Below, one piece after another: positions 54,309-63,540 of a stretch of 64,000 nt of DNA. Origin of the DNA: Oscillospiraceae bacterium (GTDB lineage Bacteria > Bacillota > Clostridia > Oscillospirales > CAG-272). The position numbers and the translations under genes are program-made. How positions within the stretch are numbered: the stretch's first letter is position 1; each line of letters opens with the position of its first letter. Below the pieces are notes generated by a model, which was given only the letters and a program-made list of their open reading frames with translations, was not told the origin of the DNA and searched no databases. The stretch spans positions 150,324 through 214,323 of the forward strand of contig SVSE01000003.1 of NCBI GenBank assembly GCA_015064445.1, given 5' to 3'.

Positions 54309-55937
54309 ATGAAAAGCAAAAGACTAATTCTCTGCCTTGCTTTCGTTTTTGCCCTTATGCTCGCGCTCGCAATCAGCTCTTACGCCGCGACTATCACTAT
54401 TCACAGTGGCGCAGATAGCACTTCCCCCTCTACCGAGTATAATGGCTCGATTACCTTGGCAGGCAACACCGAGGCAGACGAAACCGTAACGGTTTATTTT
54501 GCCGACGATGGCAGAGCCTGGAAGGCAGGCGAGACGGTATCCTTTAAGGAAAACACCGTCCTTTACACAATTGAATGTACAAAAATTTCAACCGCTGCTG
54601 AATGGAACGCTGCAACAAATGGCAACTATATTCTTGTTAATCATTTGGACTTTAACTTTGAAATACCAAAGGCTGACGGAAGTGGTGGAGAAGGCTCTGG
54701 CACTCGTAATAATGCCGGTGGCTCAATGGAATTGGCTCAAGGCTCCACAACAAGAGTGTTCTTTAATGGTTATACCATAGGAAATGGTAACGCGATGATG
54801 TTCTCTGGAAAAGATGTAAGCATTTCTTTGCTCGGAACAGGTAAGATAAATTCTTACTGGGGTGGAAGAATTTTCAGCCTCTCATTTACCGCGAATGCTG
54901 ATTCAACAATCCTTGTTGGTAAGAACATTGTTGCGAATAGCGACTGGACAAATAAGGTAGCATTGATAGGCATCAATGAATATAAGGCTACTTCAAAGCT
55001 TGACATTCATTTTTACGGTTCGTTCACAAAGGGACATTTTATAAGTCAAAACCAAACTCCTACAACCGGCTCGTACAATGTATATCTCCACGAGGGATGC
55101 GATCTTAACCTTCCAAACTCTAACGACGGCGGTAGATTTATTGCAACTGCAACAACCCCTATTGCCAATGTTTTCATTGACGGTGGTACTTATACATTCC
55201 CAAGAGAAAATTTGTTTGCTGACAATGCTGAATTTTCAAGATTCCAAATGAACATTACCGGTGGTACATTTAATTTCAGCTATGAATCCACTATGACATT
55301 CTTTAAAAACAGCATAGATCAGGAATCCAAGGCTCAAGACCTTAACGCAACCTCATTCAAGGTAGTTTGCAAGGAGTGTGATTATATAAAGACCTTGGGA
55401 GATGACTTTGTAAATCTTGCAACCGACTTTACAATTAACAACTATTGCCCAAATTGCAAGTCAGTCGGTACATCAACAAGCGTTGAGAAGGTATTTACAA
55501 CAAAGGGCTACTCTGTCAGCCAAAGTGGAACAGCAATTGACGGTGGCTACGGTGTAAATCAAAAGAGCCTTGCGCTATACGAGAGCGTTGTTGGCGAGGT
55601 AAAATACGGCATCGTAATTGCAAATGCCGATATGTTTGGTGGCAAGAGCTTCTTTGATGAAAATAACAAGGTAAACACCGAATGGGCAGTACAGATTGAA
55701 ATCGATGGTCAGTATAGCATATTTAGCTGCTCTATCGACTTCGGCACAACCTCAAATAGCTCGCTTAACCTTGTAATTTGCGCTTATGCTGTGGATTCCA
55801 CGGGCGCAAGCTTCATTCAGCATTCCACAGGCGATGCAGTTGCTTCGAGCAAAATCGCAGGTGGCGCATTCAAGAGCATCACTCTTGATATGATAGCAAC
55901 AGAGCCAGCTATCCTTTCAACAGGTAAAAACGACTAA
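54309..55937 (+). CDS. Secreted protein of unknown function with a C-terminal CxxC module and 'GYSV' domain
   Basis: Signal peptide MKSKRLILCLAFVFALMLALAISSYA. The C-terminal ~160 aa align with the C-termini of the 2521 and 30876 proteins. Confidence 0.65.
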   Translation: MKSKRLILCLAFVFALMLALAISSYAATITIHSGADSTSPSTEYNGSITLAGNTEADETVTVYFADDGRAWKAGETVSFKENTVLYTIECTKISTAAEWNAATNGNYILVNHLDFNFEIPKADGSGGEGSGTRNNAGGSMELAQGSTTRVFFNGYTIGNGNAMMFSGKDVSISLLGTGKINSYWGGRIFSLSFTANADSTILVGKNIVANSDWTNKVALIGINEYKATSKLDIHFYGSFTKGHFISQNQTPTTGSYNVYLHEGCDLNLPNSNDGGRFIATATTPIANVFIDGGTYTFPRENLFADNAEFSRFQMNITGGTFNFSYESTMTFFKNSIDQESKAQDLNATSFKVVCKECDYIKTLGDDFVNLATDFTINNYCPNCKSVGTSTSVEKVFTTKGYSVSQSGTAIDGGYGVNQKSLALYESVVGEVKYGIVIANADMFGGKSFFDENNKVNTEWAVQIEIDGQYSIFSCSIDFGTTSNSSLNLVICAYAVDSTGASFIQHSTGDAVASSKIAGGAFKSITLDMIATEPAILSTGKND

Positions 55938-55957
55938 AAATAAAAGGACGGAATTTA

Positions 55958-56250
55958 GCGTGTTATCCTTAACGGAGAACACGCATCGAGATAAATCCCT
56001 CGCGGGATTTTCGATATACGCCTATGGCGTTCGATATGTGCTGACGCACTCGATATGTTTGCTGCGCAAACGAGGGATTTATCTCATATCGAGTTCGAGC
56101 AGCCGGGGTTCCCCGAAGCGAAGAATGAGCTTTTGGGGTTCGCAGCGTAGCGAGAACATATCGAGTGGGCAAAGCCCACATATCGACAGAAAGAAAAACA
56201 AGAGCAAGAGTACAAGGAGAAAATCCTTATATTCTTGCTCTGTTTGTTTT
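55958..56250 (+). repeat. Hairpin-linker array, ATATCGA/TCGATAT family, copy B (inverted relative to copy A), with a nested GGGGTTCCCC element and a terminator-hairpin module
   Basis: Its central ~114 nt differ at one position from the reverse complement of 43490-43604. Confidence 0.9.
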
Positions 56251-56290
56251 ATTGATTAAATTATAGCATATAACGCGCACCTTTTCAATA

Positions 56291-56327
56291 AAAACAAGAA
56301 AACAGCCACTCCTGTGACTGTTTTTTG
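56291..56327 (-). terminator. Intrinsic terminator ending the microcompartment/ParA operon
   Basis: On the minus strand: AACAGTCAC-AGGA-GTGGCTGTT (contains one G-U pair) followed by a T-rich tract. Confidence 0.65.
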
Positions 56328-56346
56328 TCCTTCAAGCGATTCGCTA

Positions 56347-56706
56347 TTATAGCAAATATATCGGTAGCTCTTCTCCAATTCCGAAATACTCGAACTCTTT
56401 TCCAGCAATTCTTGTTGCAATCTTAACAGGAGCAAGCTCAGGCTCCTTTTCAAGGCTCTTTTTTGGAGCAACCTTTTTGGGTGTCGCCTTTGGTGCGCTC
56501 TTAGGTGTAGTCTTTGCTAGCGCTTTCTTTGGGGCGCTATTTGTTGTCTTTGGTGCGGTTTTTGGTGTAGCCTTTGCCACTGTCTTTTTTACAGGTGGCT
56601 TCTTTTCCTCTACTACTGCGCTATTTTCCATATCGGGCGCAGTTGTCTTAACATTTGAATAACCGTTGTTTGATATTCTGCTTATCGCATTCTTACCTAT
56701 TGCCAT
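56347..56706 (-). CDS. Small Lys/Pro/Ala-rich, predicted disordered protein (candidate ParA partner)
   Basis: AAGGAG RBS. The start overlaps the last 14 nt of the ParA gene. The central ~60 aa are (A/T)PK(K/T) repeats. It has no ParB or HTH motif and no tryptophan. Confidence 0.65.
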   Translation of the reverse strand: MAIGKNAISRISNNGYSNVKTTAPDMENSAVVEEKKPPVKKTVAKATPKTAPKTTNSAPKKALAKTTPKSAPKATPKKVAPKKSLEKEPELAPVKIATRIAGKEFEYFGIGEELPIYLL

Positions 56707-57484
56707 ATTCGATTATCTCCTTTGCTATATCCTTATATTCGAGGGCGCTTCTTGAATATTTCTTGTAAGCTACAACAGGCTTACTGTTATCCTGCGACCA
56801 CTCGATTGTGCTGTCTACCTTTACATAGTTCTCGAAAACTCGCACTCCATCGGTCTGACGGAGAGTTTTTAGCGTTTCCTTGAAGTAATTCTTTCTCTCG
56901 TCTGCCTTTGTTACCATAATTCCCATAATGTCAAGGCGAGGAGATATTTCCTTTACCTTGTTTATGAAATCGAACATATTTGCAAGACCGAAAAGTCCCC
57001 AAGGGCTTGCCTCAACAGGAATTATAACGAAATCCGAGGCGCACATAACATTCATTACCCAGCCACCAAGCGTTGGTGGTGCGTCAATTAGTATGTAATC
57101 GTAATAGCCACGCGCTCTTATGGGCTCAAGGCATTTTCTAAATACGATTTCTCTTTGCCACTTTGGGAAAAGCTCGAATTCAATGGCACTCATAAGCGAG
57201 GTTGACGGGATTATATCAAGCCCCTCATACTCGGTTGGCACAACAAAGTCGGACAAGTCCCTTTCCTCCTTAACTGCTGTGTATATGTTCTTGCCATTAT
57301 TTGAATATTCAAGCGCCCTTTCCTCATCAAAGAACGAAAGAGTTAGGTTTAACTGCATATCGCCATCGATTAAAAGCACCCTTTTGCCCATCATCGAAAG
57401 CGCACAGCCTATATTAGAACAGCTGGTGGTCTTGCCACTTCCACCCTTGTTATTCGCAAATGCGATTACCTGCGTTCTGCTCAT
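56693..57484 (-). CDS. ParA/Soj-family deviant Walker-A ATPase
   Basis: NNKGGSGKTT (with the signature Lys), IDGDMQLN and LIDAPPTLG motifs, 263 aa. Its start overlaps the stop of the pduV-like gene (ATGA). Confidence 0.85.
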   Translation of the reverse strand: MSRTQVIAFANNKGGSGKTTSCSNIGCALSMMGKRVLLIDGDMQLNLTLSFFDEERALEYSNNGKNIYTAVKEERDLSDFVVPTEYEGLDIIPSTSLMSAIEFELFPKWQREIVFRKCLEPIRARGYYDYILIDAPPTLGGWVMNVMCASDFVIIPVEASPWGLFGLANMFDFINKVKEISPRLDIMGIMVTKADERKNYFKETLKTLRQTDGVRVFENYVKVDSTIEWSQDNSKPVVAYKKYSRSALEYKDIAKEIIEYGNR

Positions 57485-57939
57485 CTTTTTCGCATAGCCT
57501 CCAATTCCTCTTTACTGTCTGCTAAAAATTCTATAAGAGCATCAAGCCCCTCGCCCGTGTAGGCGCTAACAGGGAAAATCCTCTTACAGCCTGCAAGCCT
57601 TAGCCATCTTTCAACTCTTTCGGGATTAGCATCAGGCTTGTCTATACCTGTGATAATACCAACAACCTCTCTGTTTACAAGGCTCGTAATACAGGGAGAG
57701 AAAATCGAATATGGCTCGTTTGCTGAAAGCACAAGTCCTACAACATCAGCCTCGTACGCATAAAGCGCGAGCGCTCCACTCGTCTGCCTTAGCTCCGTAT
57801 ACTCGCCCGGTGTGTCGATTATCGTATCAAGATAGTTTATATATTGTGTTTTATAGTAGTGAATTTCCTCACCATTAAGAGCCTGCGTCAAGGTCGTTTT
57901 ACCTGCCGCAACCCTGCCTATAAGAATAATCTTTTTCAT
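57481..57939 (-). CDS. pduV: EutP/PduV-family small GTPase
   Basis: P-loop GRVAAGKTTL, ~150 aa, in a BMC operon context. Confidence 0.8.
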   Translation of the reverse strand: MKKIILIGRVAAGKTTLTQALNGEEIHYYKTQYINYLDTIIDTPGEYTELRQTSGALALYAYEADVVGLVLSANEPYSIFSPCITSLVNREVVGIITGIDKPDANPERVERWLRLAGCKRIFPVSAYTGEGLDALIEFLADSKEELEAMRKR

Positions 57940-58298
57940 TATGTTCTTGTTATGTCACAGCAAACATAGAAAAGCTTGCTTGTAAAATATTCTCTTATCG
58001 CAGAAAATGCCGATTCAACGCTCGATACGCTTCCTGTGATAATAAGTGTTCCTGTAAATCTGTCTACAAATCCGATGTCTGCGCCCGATGCCTTGATGGC
58101 AATATCGGCAGCGATTACCGCACTCTCAGCAGGAGATACGGTCAAAACTCCGATTGCGCTTCTTGTGTAGTCGGTCTTTGGGTCAAGTCCGAGCTTTGTG
58201 TAAAGCACATCGTCGGGATTTGCAATTATATGGCAAAGAGTTATCTGCTTACCTGGGACAAGCTCCTGCACTATTCTCATATTTTCTTTAAGCTCCAT
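57939..58298 (-). CDS. pduU: Circularly permuted BMC shell protein (EutS/PduU type)
   Basis: Close resemblance to EutS: VPGKQxTLxHxIA..GxxTxxPxExxxIAxDxAxKA..GFxDRFxG. Confidence 0.85.
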   Translation of the reverse strand: MELKENMRIVQELVPGKQITLCHIIANPDDVLYTKLGLDPKTDYTRSAIGVLTVSPAESAVIAADIAIKASGADIGFVDRFTGTLIITGSVSSVESAFSAIREYFTSKLFYVCCDITRT

Positions 58299-58300
58299 TG

Positions 58301-59074
58301 TTAGCCTCCGATTTTACATTTAAGCCCCGAGGTTTCTGCCACTGACAAAAGATATTCCATCTTTTCCTTGCTTGGTGGCTCGATTTCCATAAGGGAATAT
58401 TTTCTTCCAAGTCCTGCGTACTTGTCCGTGCCTAATCTATGATAGGGGAGCAAATGATGCTCCTTGACGCCCGGTAGCGTTTTTGCAAAGTGCGATATCG
58501 CCCTTATCTCCTCAGGGGAGTCGTTAAAGGTTGGGATTACGGGCGTTCTTATAATAAGCTCAACTCCGCTCTCGGCGATTTTTCTTGCGTTTTCAAGAAT
58601 TCGCTCATTTCCCATGCCTGTATATTCCTTATGCTTTGCGCTATCCATATGCTTTATGTCCATAAGATAAAGGTCAACATAAGGGAGAATTTTTTCTATT
58701 TCCGAAAATGGTGCGCTTGCAGCCGACTCTACTGCTGTGTGGAGTCCCTCCTCCTTGCAGGCGATAAGCAATTCCTTCGCAAAATCTGCCTGACAAAGCA
58801 CCTCGCCTCCTGAAAGCGTCACACCCCCTCCGCTTCTGCGATAGTAGCGAAGGTCGGACAAGATTTCGGGCATAATGTCCGAAACGCTCACATCACGGCC
58901 AACTATTTTCGTCTTATCCTTTTCAATGAGCGTTTCGATTTCCTTGCTTTGAGATTCGGGATTACAGCACCACGCGCATCTCATATAACAGCCCTTGAAA
59001 AAGACAATTGTTCGAATTCCCGGTCCGTCGTGAATCGAGAATCGCTGAATATTAAATATTCTGCCCTGTGCCAT
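58301..59074 (-). CDS. Glycyl-radical enzyme activating enzyme (radical SAM), short form
   Basis: CYMRCAWC (CxxxCxxC) motif and GGEVL SAM motif, 257 aa. There is no additional CxxCxxCxxxC ferredoxin insert. Confidence 0.85.
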   Translation of the reverse strand: MAQGRIFNIQRFSIHDGPGIRTIVFFKGCYMRCAWCCNPESQSKEIETLIEKDKTKIVGRDVSVSDIMPEILSDLRYYRRSGGGVTLSGGEVLCQADFAKELLIACKEEGLHTAVESAASAPFSEIEKILPYVDLYLMDIKHMDSAKHKEYTGMGNERILENARKIAESGVELIIRTPVIPTFNDSPEEIRAISHFAKTLPGVKEHHLLPYHRLGTDKYAGLGRKYSLMEIEPPSKEKMEYLLSVAETSGLKCKIGG

Positions 59075-59094
59075 ATAATCCTCCTCTCCTTAAA

Positions 59095-61626
59095 TTACCA
59101 GCCCTGCTCGGTACGGTTTATAATATCGTCCTGAAGTGAACGAGAAAGTGTTGTAAAGAGCGCGCTATAGCCTGCAACTCTTACCACCAAGGTCTTGTAT
59201 TTTTCTGGGTTATTTTGCGCATCAAGCAATGTTTCCTTGGTTACAACATTGAATTGAACATGCATTCCCTTTTGGTCAAAGTATGAGCGAATAAGTGCAA
59301 CAAACTTTGAAAGCCCACTCGCTCCTGCGAGCGCGCTTGGATGGAACTTCTGATTTAGAAGTGTTCCGTTAGATGCAACGCCCTGCTCAAGCTTAGCAAC
59401 GGAGTTGGCTGTCGCTGTTGGGCCCTTTACATCTCTGCCCGATGCAGGACCGATTCCGTCTGCGAGTGGTGTGTGTGCGAGTCTTCCGTCGGGAGTTGCG
59501 CCTGTGCTTGCTCCGAGTGGAACATTAGCAGATACAGGATAAAGACCTGCTTGGAAGATACCTCCTCGAGGATTTTTGTATTTTTCAACCTCTTTTGTGT
59601 AGGTGTTAGCTACATCTCGTGCGAGCATATCGACATCATAAATATCGTTTCCGTATTTAGGTGCCTCCTCCTCGATTAAGCGCTTGATTTCCTTATATCT
59701 TGCCCTCTCGGCATCGCTTATCAAGCCCTGACCTGATACCTCGCTATAAATTGTGCGTATCACGCTATCGGTTATCTCAATTCCCTGTCTTGCAAGCTCG
59801 GTTGCAATCTCAGCTGTGAGCCTTTGCGCGTCCTCGCCCTCTACTCCGTAGCCAAAGTTAGCCCTTAGCGCATCGCCAAGCTCGGAAAGAGTGAATCTCT
59901 TTTCCTCAAAAACGAGCTTCTTTATAGCTACAAGACCGTCGGTATTATTTGCAATACCAAAGCCCTGTGGACCTGTAAAGTTATACACAGCCCCGCCCTC
60001 TTGGAGTGATTTTCCTCTACCGATGCAGTCCTCAACCATACAGGACTGGAAAGGAAGTGGGCATCTTGTTGCGTGCGCCATATCTATTGCGTTATTCGCA
60101 TTTACAAGTAGCCTTATCATGTAGCTTTGCTGAGTCTTATATGCCTCATAAAACTCCTCAAAGGTTTTCATTTTAGATACATCGCCTGTGTCAGGGCCTA
60201 TTTTCTTGCCCTTGTCGTAGCCATTTGAGAATACGAGCTCCATAGGACGACACATATTAAAGAACGCAGCATCGTGCCAGCCGTCAGTCTTTCCTGCCTT
60301 TTGTGGCTCAACGCATCCGATAATACAATAATCTCTTGCGTCCTCTAAGGTAAGTCCTCTTGCCATAATAGACGGAATTATGATTTCGTCATTATAGTAT
60401 GCAGGCAAGCCTGTGCCAAGTCTTGTAAGCGCTGCCGCCTTAATAAGCAAGGACTCTGGCGAGCCATTCCACACTCTTATCGAAATAGATGGCTGTGGAA
60501 GTGGAACATGCATTGATGCCTCAAGACACATATACGAAAGGTCGTTTGTGGAATCCATTCCGTGAATGTTCTGACCACCGACAATAAGGTTTTGGAACAT
60601 ACCGTAGCCTGCAAAGCCGTCTGCCGAGGCTGCATCTCTTACCTTGTTTATGTCGTTGAGCTTTACCCAAATACAGTCAAGGAGCTCCTGCGCCCTTTCA
60701 TATGTGATTTTTCCTGCGTCAATGTCGCTCTTAAAGTATGGATACATATAGACATCAAATCTTCCTGGGGAGATTGAGTGTCCACTTGATTCAATCTGCA
60801 AAATAAGCTGAATAAACCAGAAGGTCTGACAAGCCTCATAGAAGGTTGTCGCACCAAATTCAGGAACTCTCTCACAGGTGCGAGAAATCTTTTCAAGCTC
60901 CTGCTTTCTTTCAGGATTTGTCTCTTTTGATGCCATTTCCTTAGCAAGAGCGCTGTACCTGTGTGCGTAATCTATTACTGCCTGACAGCTTTCTATTACT
61001 GCGTAAAGGAAGTTGCTCCTTGAAACATAGTCGCCATCTGACACGCTAAGCTTAGCGAGTGCGCCCTCTGCCTCTGCGATAATTCCACGATAGCCTATTT
61101 TCATAACCTTGGCATAATCTACGCACACATGGCCGATTCCGTTATAGAAATAGTTGCCTGGTGTGAAGATTGCGTGCTCGGTAAATGCCTCGTATGCCTC
61201 TGGCGCCATATTCGCCTTAGCAAGGTCGCTTGTGGTTTTGCCCTTCCACCAAGGGAAGATTTCACGAAGCTCTGCCTTTGTTTTTTCGCTTATGTAGAAT
61301 GGGTCTGCCTGTCTTGTCGAAACCGTATCAAGCTCTGAAAGAAGCCACTCATAGGAATATTCAGGGAAAACCTGACAGCCACGAGGAGCGATAGTTGCGC
61401 TTCCAACAATAAGCTCATCATCTCTTATAACAATCGGAATGTTTTTAAGAATATGAGCGAGCGCCGCACTTCTACGCTTTATTATAGGGAGATTCTCGGT
61501 TGCCTTGTAGCTCTCGGTTACAAGTATGCCTCTTGCGCTCTCAATCTCGGGCATATTTTCATAGAGAGCGTCTATGAGCCTTTGAATTCTTGAGCTTTTC
61601 TCTATTGTAAATTTTATGCTTTCCAT
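59095..61626 (-). CDS. Glycyl radical enzyme, dehydratase/eliminase class (probably a B12-independent diol/1,2-propanediol dehydratase)
   Basis: C-terminal RVAGYSA glycyl-radical motif, and active-site GCVEP with Cys-x-Glu followed by GWHD, as in glycerol/propanediol dehydratases. 843 aa. Confidence 0.75.
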   Translation of the reverse strand: MESIKFTIEKSSRIQRLIDALYENMPEIESARGILVTESYKATENLPIIKRRSAALAHILKNIPIVIRDDELIVGSATIAPRGCQVFPEYSYEWLLSELDTVSTRQADPFYISEKTKAELREIFPWWKGKTTSDLAKANMAPEAYEAFTEHAIFTPGNYFYNGIGHVCVDYAKVMKIGYRGIIAEAEGALAKLSVSDGDYVSRSNFLYAVIESCQAVIDYAHRYSALAKEMASKETNPERKQELEKISRTCERVPEFGATTFYEACQTFWFIQLILQIESSGHSISPGRFDVYMYPYFKSDIDAGKITYERAQELLDCIWVKLNDINKVRDAASADGFAGYGMFQNLIVGGQNIHGMDSTNDLSYMCLEASMHVPLPQPSISIRVWNGSPESLLIKAAALTRLGTGLPAYYNDEIIIPSIMARGLTLEDARDYCIIGCVEPQKAGKTDGWHDAAFFNMCRPMELVFSNGYDKGKKIGPDTGDVSKMKTFEEFYEAYKTQQSYMIRLLVNANNAIDMAHATRCPLPFQSCMVEDCIGRGKSLQEGGAVYNFTGPQGFGIANNTDGLVAIKKLVFEEKRFTLSELGDALRANFGYGVEGEDAQRLTAEIATELARQGIEITDSVIRTIYSEVSGQGLISDAERARYKEIKRLIEEEAPKYGNDIYDVDMLARDVANTYTKEVEKYKNPRGGIFQAGLYPVSANVPLGASTGATPDGRLAHTPLADGIGPASGRDVKGPTATANSVAKLEQGVASNGTLLNQKFHPSALAGASGLSKFVALIRSYFDQKGMHVQFNVVTKETLLDAQNNPEKYKTLVVRVAGYSALFTTLSRSLQDDIINRTEQGW

Positions 61627-61653
61627 AATGCTCCTTAGTCTAAAAATCGACTG

Positions 61654-62199
61654 TTACATTTGCTTCCAAAGCTCCTCGTGTGGAGCTGGAATTACTGTAA
61701 ATGATGAGAGTGTAGACACGCTCTTTGCATAATTTGCGCCTGCCTCTACTGCCGCGGTAACATCTCCGACATCGCCTGTAATCATTACGACGCCCTTACC
61801 GCCCATTCCTCTTGAAACTCTTAGGTCATATATTTCCACCTTTGAGGTCTTAACTGCAATATCGGCTGCCTTGATTGCGCTTGGTGCTGAAAATGTTTCT
61901 ATAAGTCCAAGCGAGCCACTGCGTGAGCCAACCTGTGTGCCAAAAAGTGCCCTTATAACCTGCTCATCTATTCTTCCCATAACGGATGCGTCGATTACAT
62001 AGCCATCAAATCTGCTCTTGACATGCTCAACTGCAACAGTAACATCAGATATTGCTCCCGTAAGCACGATTTCGTACTTTCCTGGGCACGATGGATGCGA
62101 TGATACCATCTCAATTCCTGCACTCTTCAAGGCTGAGTCGGCTGCCTCAACGCCCTTAGGTATGCTTTTTAATTCAATAACGCCTATAGCCTTAAACAT
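61654..62199 (-). CDS. pduT: Tandem-BMC-domain shell protein (PduT type)
   Basis: Two BMC domains, a SCPGK motif at the PduT Fe-S Cys position, and a C-terminal PHEELWKQM resembling PduT. Confidence 0.85.
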   Translation of the reverse strand: MFKAIGVIELKSIPKGVEAADSALKSAGIEMVSSHPSCPGKYEIVLTGAISDVTVAVEHVKSRFDGYVIDASVMGRIDEQVIRALFGTQVGSRSGSLGLIETFSAPSAIKAADIAVKTSKVEIYDLRVSRGMGGKGVVMITGDVGDVTAAVEAGANYAKSVSTLSSFTVIPAPHEELWKQM

Positions 62200-62200
62200 T

Positions 62201-63520
62201 TTATCTTACCTTATCAATTATTATTTTGTTATTTCCAAGTGTTACTCTACCGTCAATGGATGCGTGCTGTGGAAGTGAAAGTCCCTCAGCCGGACTCGCT
62301 ATCAGCTGTCCCTTTGTAACCATATCTCCGTCCTTAACTGCAATAACGCTTGGTGCTCCTATGTGTGACGAGAGTGCAATTTCCACTCTGCCAAAGTCGT
62401 CCATTTCTCCACCAAAATCTGCCAGCTTATCGAATTTTGCAACGCCAAGCGCGCTCATCCATCTTTCATATGGAATCATTCGATATTCTCTTTCGGGCTG
62501 TACCTTGTAGTCACCGGGCACATCAAAGCGAAGCTTGTTTTTGGAGAGTATGCTCTTATAATTATCGATAACTGCTCTTGGCGATATGCCCTGATTGCAC
62601 GCAAGGCTCTCGCAAACTCCACAGCCACAGCAAAGCGTTGCGCTAAGCACCATCTCTGGCATAACCTCGGCAACTCCCATAGCTGTTCTTACCATTTTAT
62701 GAGGCTCAAGTGGATAGCCAAGCAGATTTCTTGGACACATATCGGTGCATCTTGTGCATTGACAGCAGGCTGTTTCAGCCCTTGCAACTGCCATTTTTGG
62801 GTTCATTCTCTTTGAAAGAATTGACTGTGAATCGTCAGGGAGAATCAATATTCCCTTTGTGGTCTTGCTTACCGAATATGTTGATACATTTATGAGCTTT
62901 CCCATTGATGGGCCACCGTCAATTACGGAATAGCCCTGTTTAACCTCTATGCCGAGTCTTTTGAAGATGTCGGCTACTTTTGTGCCCACGGGCACCTTTA
63001 TTACGGTTGGAGTCTTAACTGCTCCACCGATTGTGAGCCATTTTTCAGTTACAGGCTCAGAAAATCTTACAGCTCTTGCAAGATTATACATTGTTTCGAC
63101 ATTATAAACTATAATGCCCTGTGTAATAGGTAGCTTTCCTGGCTTTACAAGTCGTCCTGTTGCCTCGTATATAAGTCCGATTTCGTCGCCTATCGGATAA
63201 ACATCGGGCAGGGTTTTTATATATATCTTGTCGGCAAGCCTTTCGCCATCCTCAACGCCAAGGCGCTTGGCTGTGTGGTCCTTAATTGCCACGAGTGCCT
63301 TTGGTATGCCCGTGTGAGAAAGCACCTCCGAGATTCCTGTGAGAACCATGGACATCTCGTTTTTCAAGAGTATGTAGTCTGTGTACAAAAGTGGCTCACA
63401 TTCAGAGCCGTTGATAAGGAGGAGGTCTGCCCCCTCCGCAAGCTTAGCGTAAGAGGGGAACCCTGCTCCTCCAGCGCCCAAAACGCCGAATTCGCGCATT
63501 AAATTCTTAAGGTTCTGCAT
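62201..63520 (-). CDS. pduS: PduS/RnfC-like flavoprotein with SLBB domain and two 4Fe-4S motifs
   Basis: N-terminal GAGGAGFP motif, CCQCTRCTDMCP and CCGCGVCESLAC clusters, ~440 aa. Confidence 0.75.
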   Translation of the reverse strand: MQNLKNLMREFGVLGAGGAGFPSYAKLAEGADLLLINGSECEPLLYTDYILLKNEMSMVLTGISEVLSHTGIPKALVAIKDHTAKRLGVEDGERLADKIYIKTLPDVYPIGDEIGLIYEATGRLVKPGKLPITQGIIVYNVETMYNLARAVRFSEPVTEKWLTIGGAVKTPTVIKVPVGTKVADIFKRLGIEVKQGYSVIDGGPSMGKLINVSTYSVSKTTKGILILPDDSQSILSKRMNPKMAVARAETACCQCTRCTDMCPRNLLGYPLEPHKMVRTAMGVAEVMPEMVLSATLCCGCGVCESLACNQGISPRAVIDNYKSILSKNKLRFDVPGDYKVQPEREYRMIPYERWMSALGVAKFDKLADFGGEMDDFGRVEIALSSHIGAPSVIAVKDGDMVTKGQLIASPAEGLSLPQHASIDGRVTLGNNKIIIDKVR

Positions 63521-63540
63521 CTTTTCACTCTTTTCCTAAA

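Noticed and set aside
56347-56706. The small K/P/A-rich ORF could be only a histone-H1-like nucleoid protein, or a spurious ORF.
   Set aside because: This is not fully rejected. The gene has a good RBS, is translationally coupled to ParA and is followed by a terminator, so it is kept as a real gene. A DNA-binding role is listed as the alternative to the McdB-like hypothesis.
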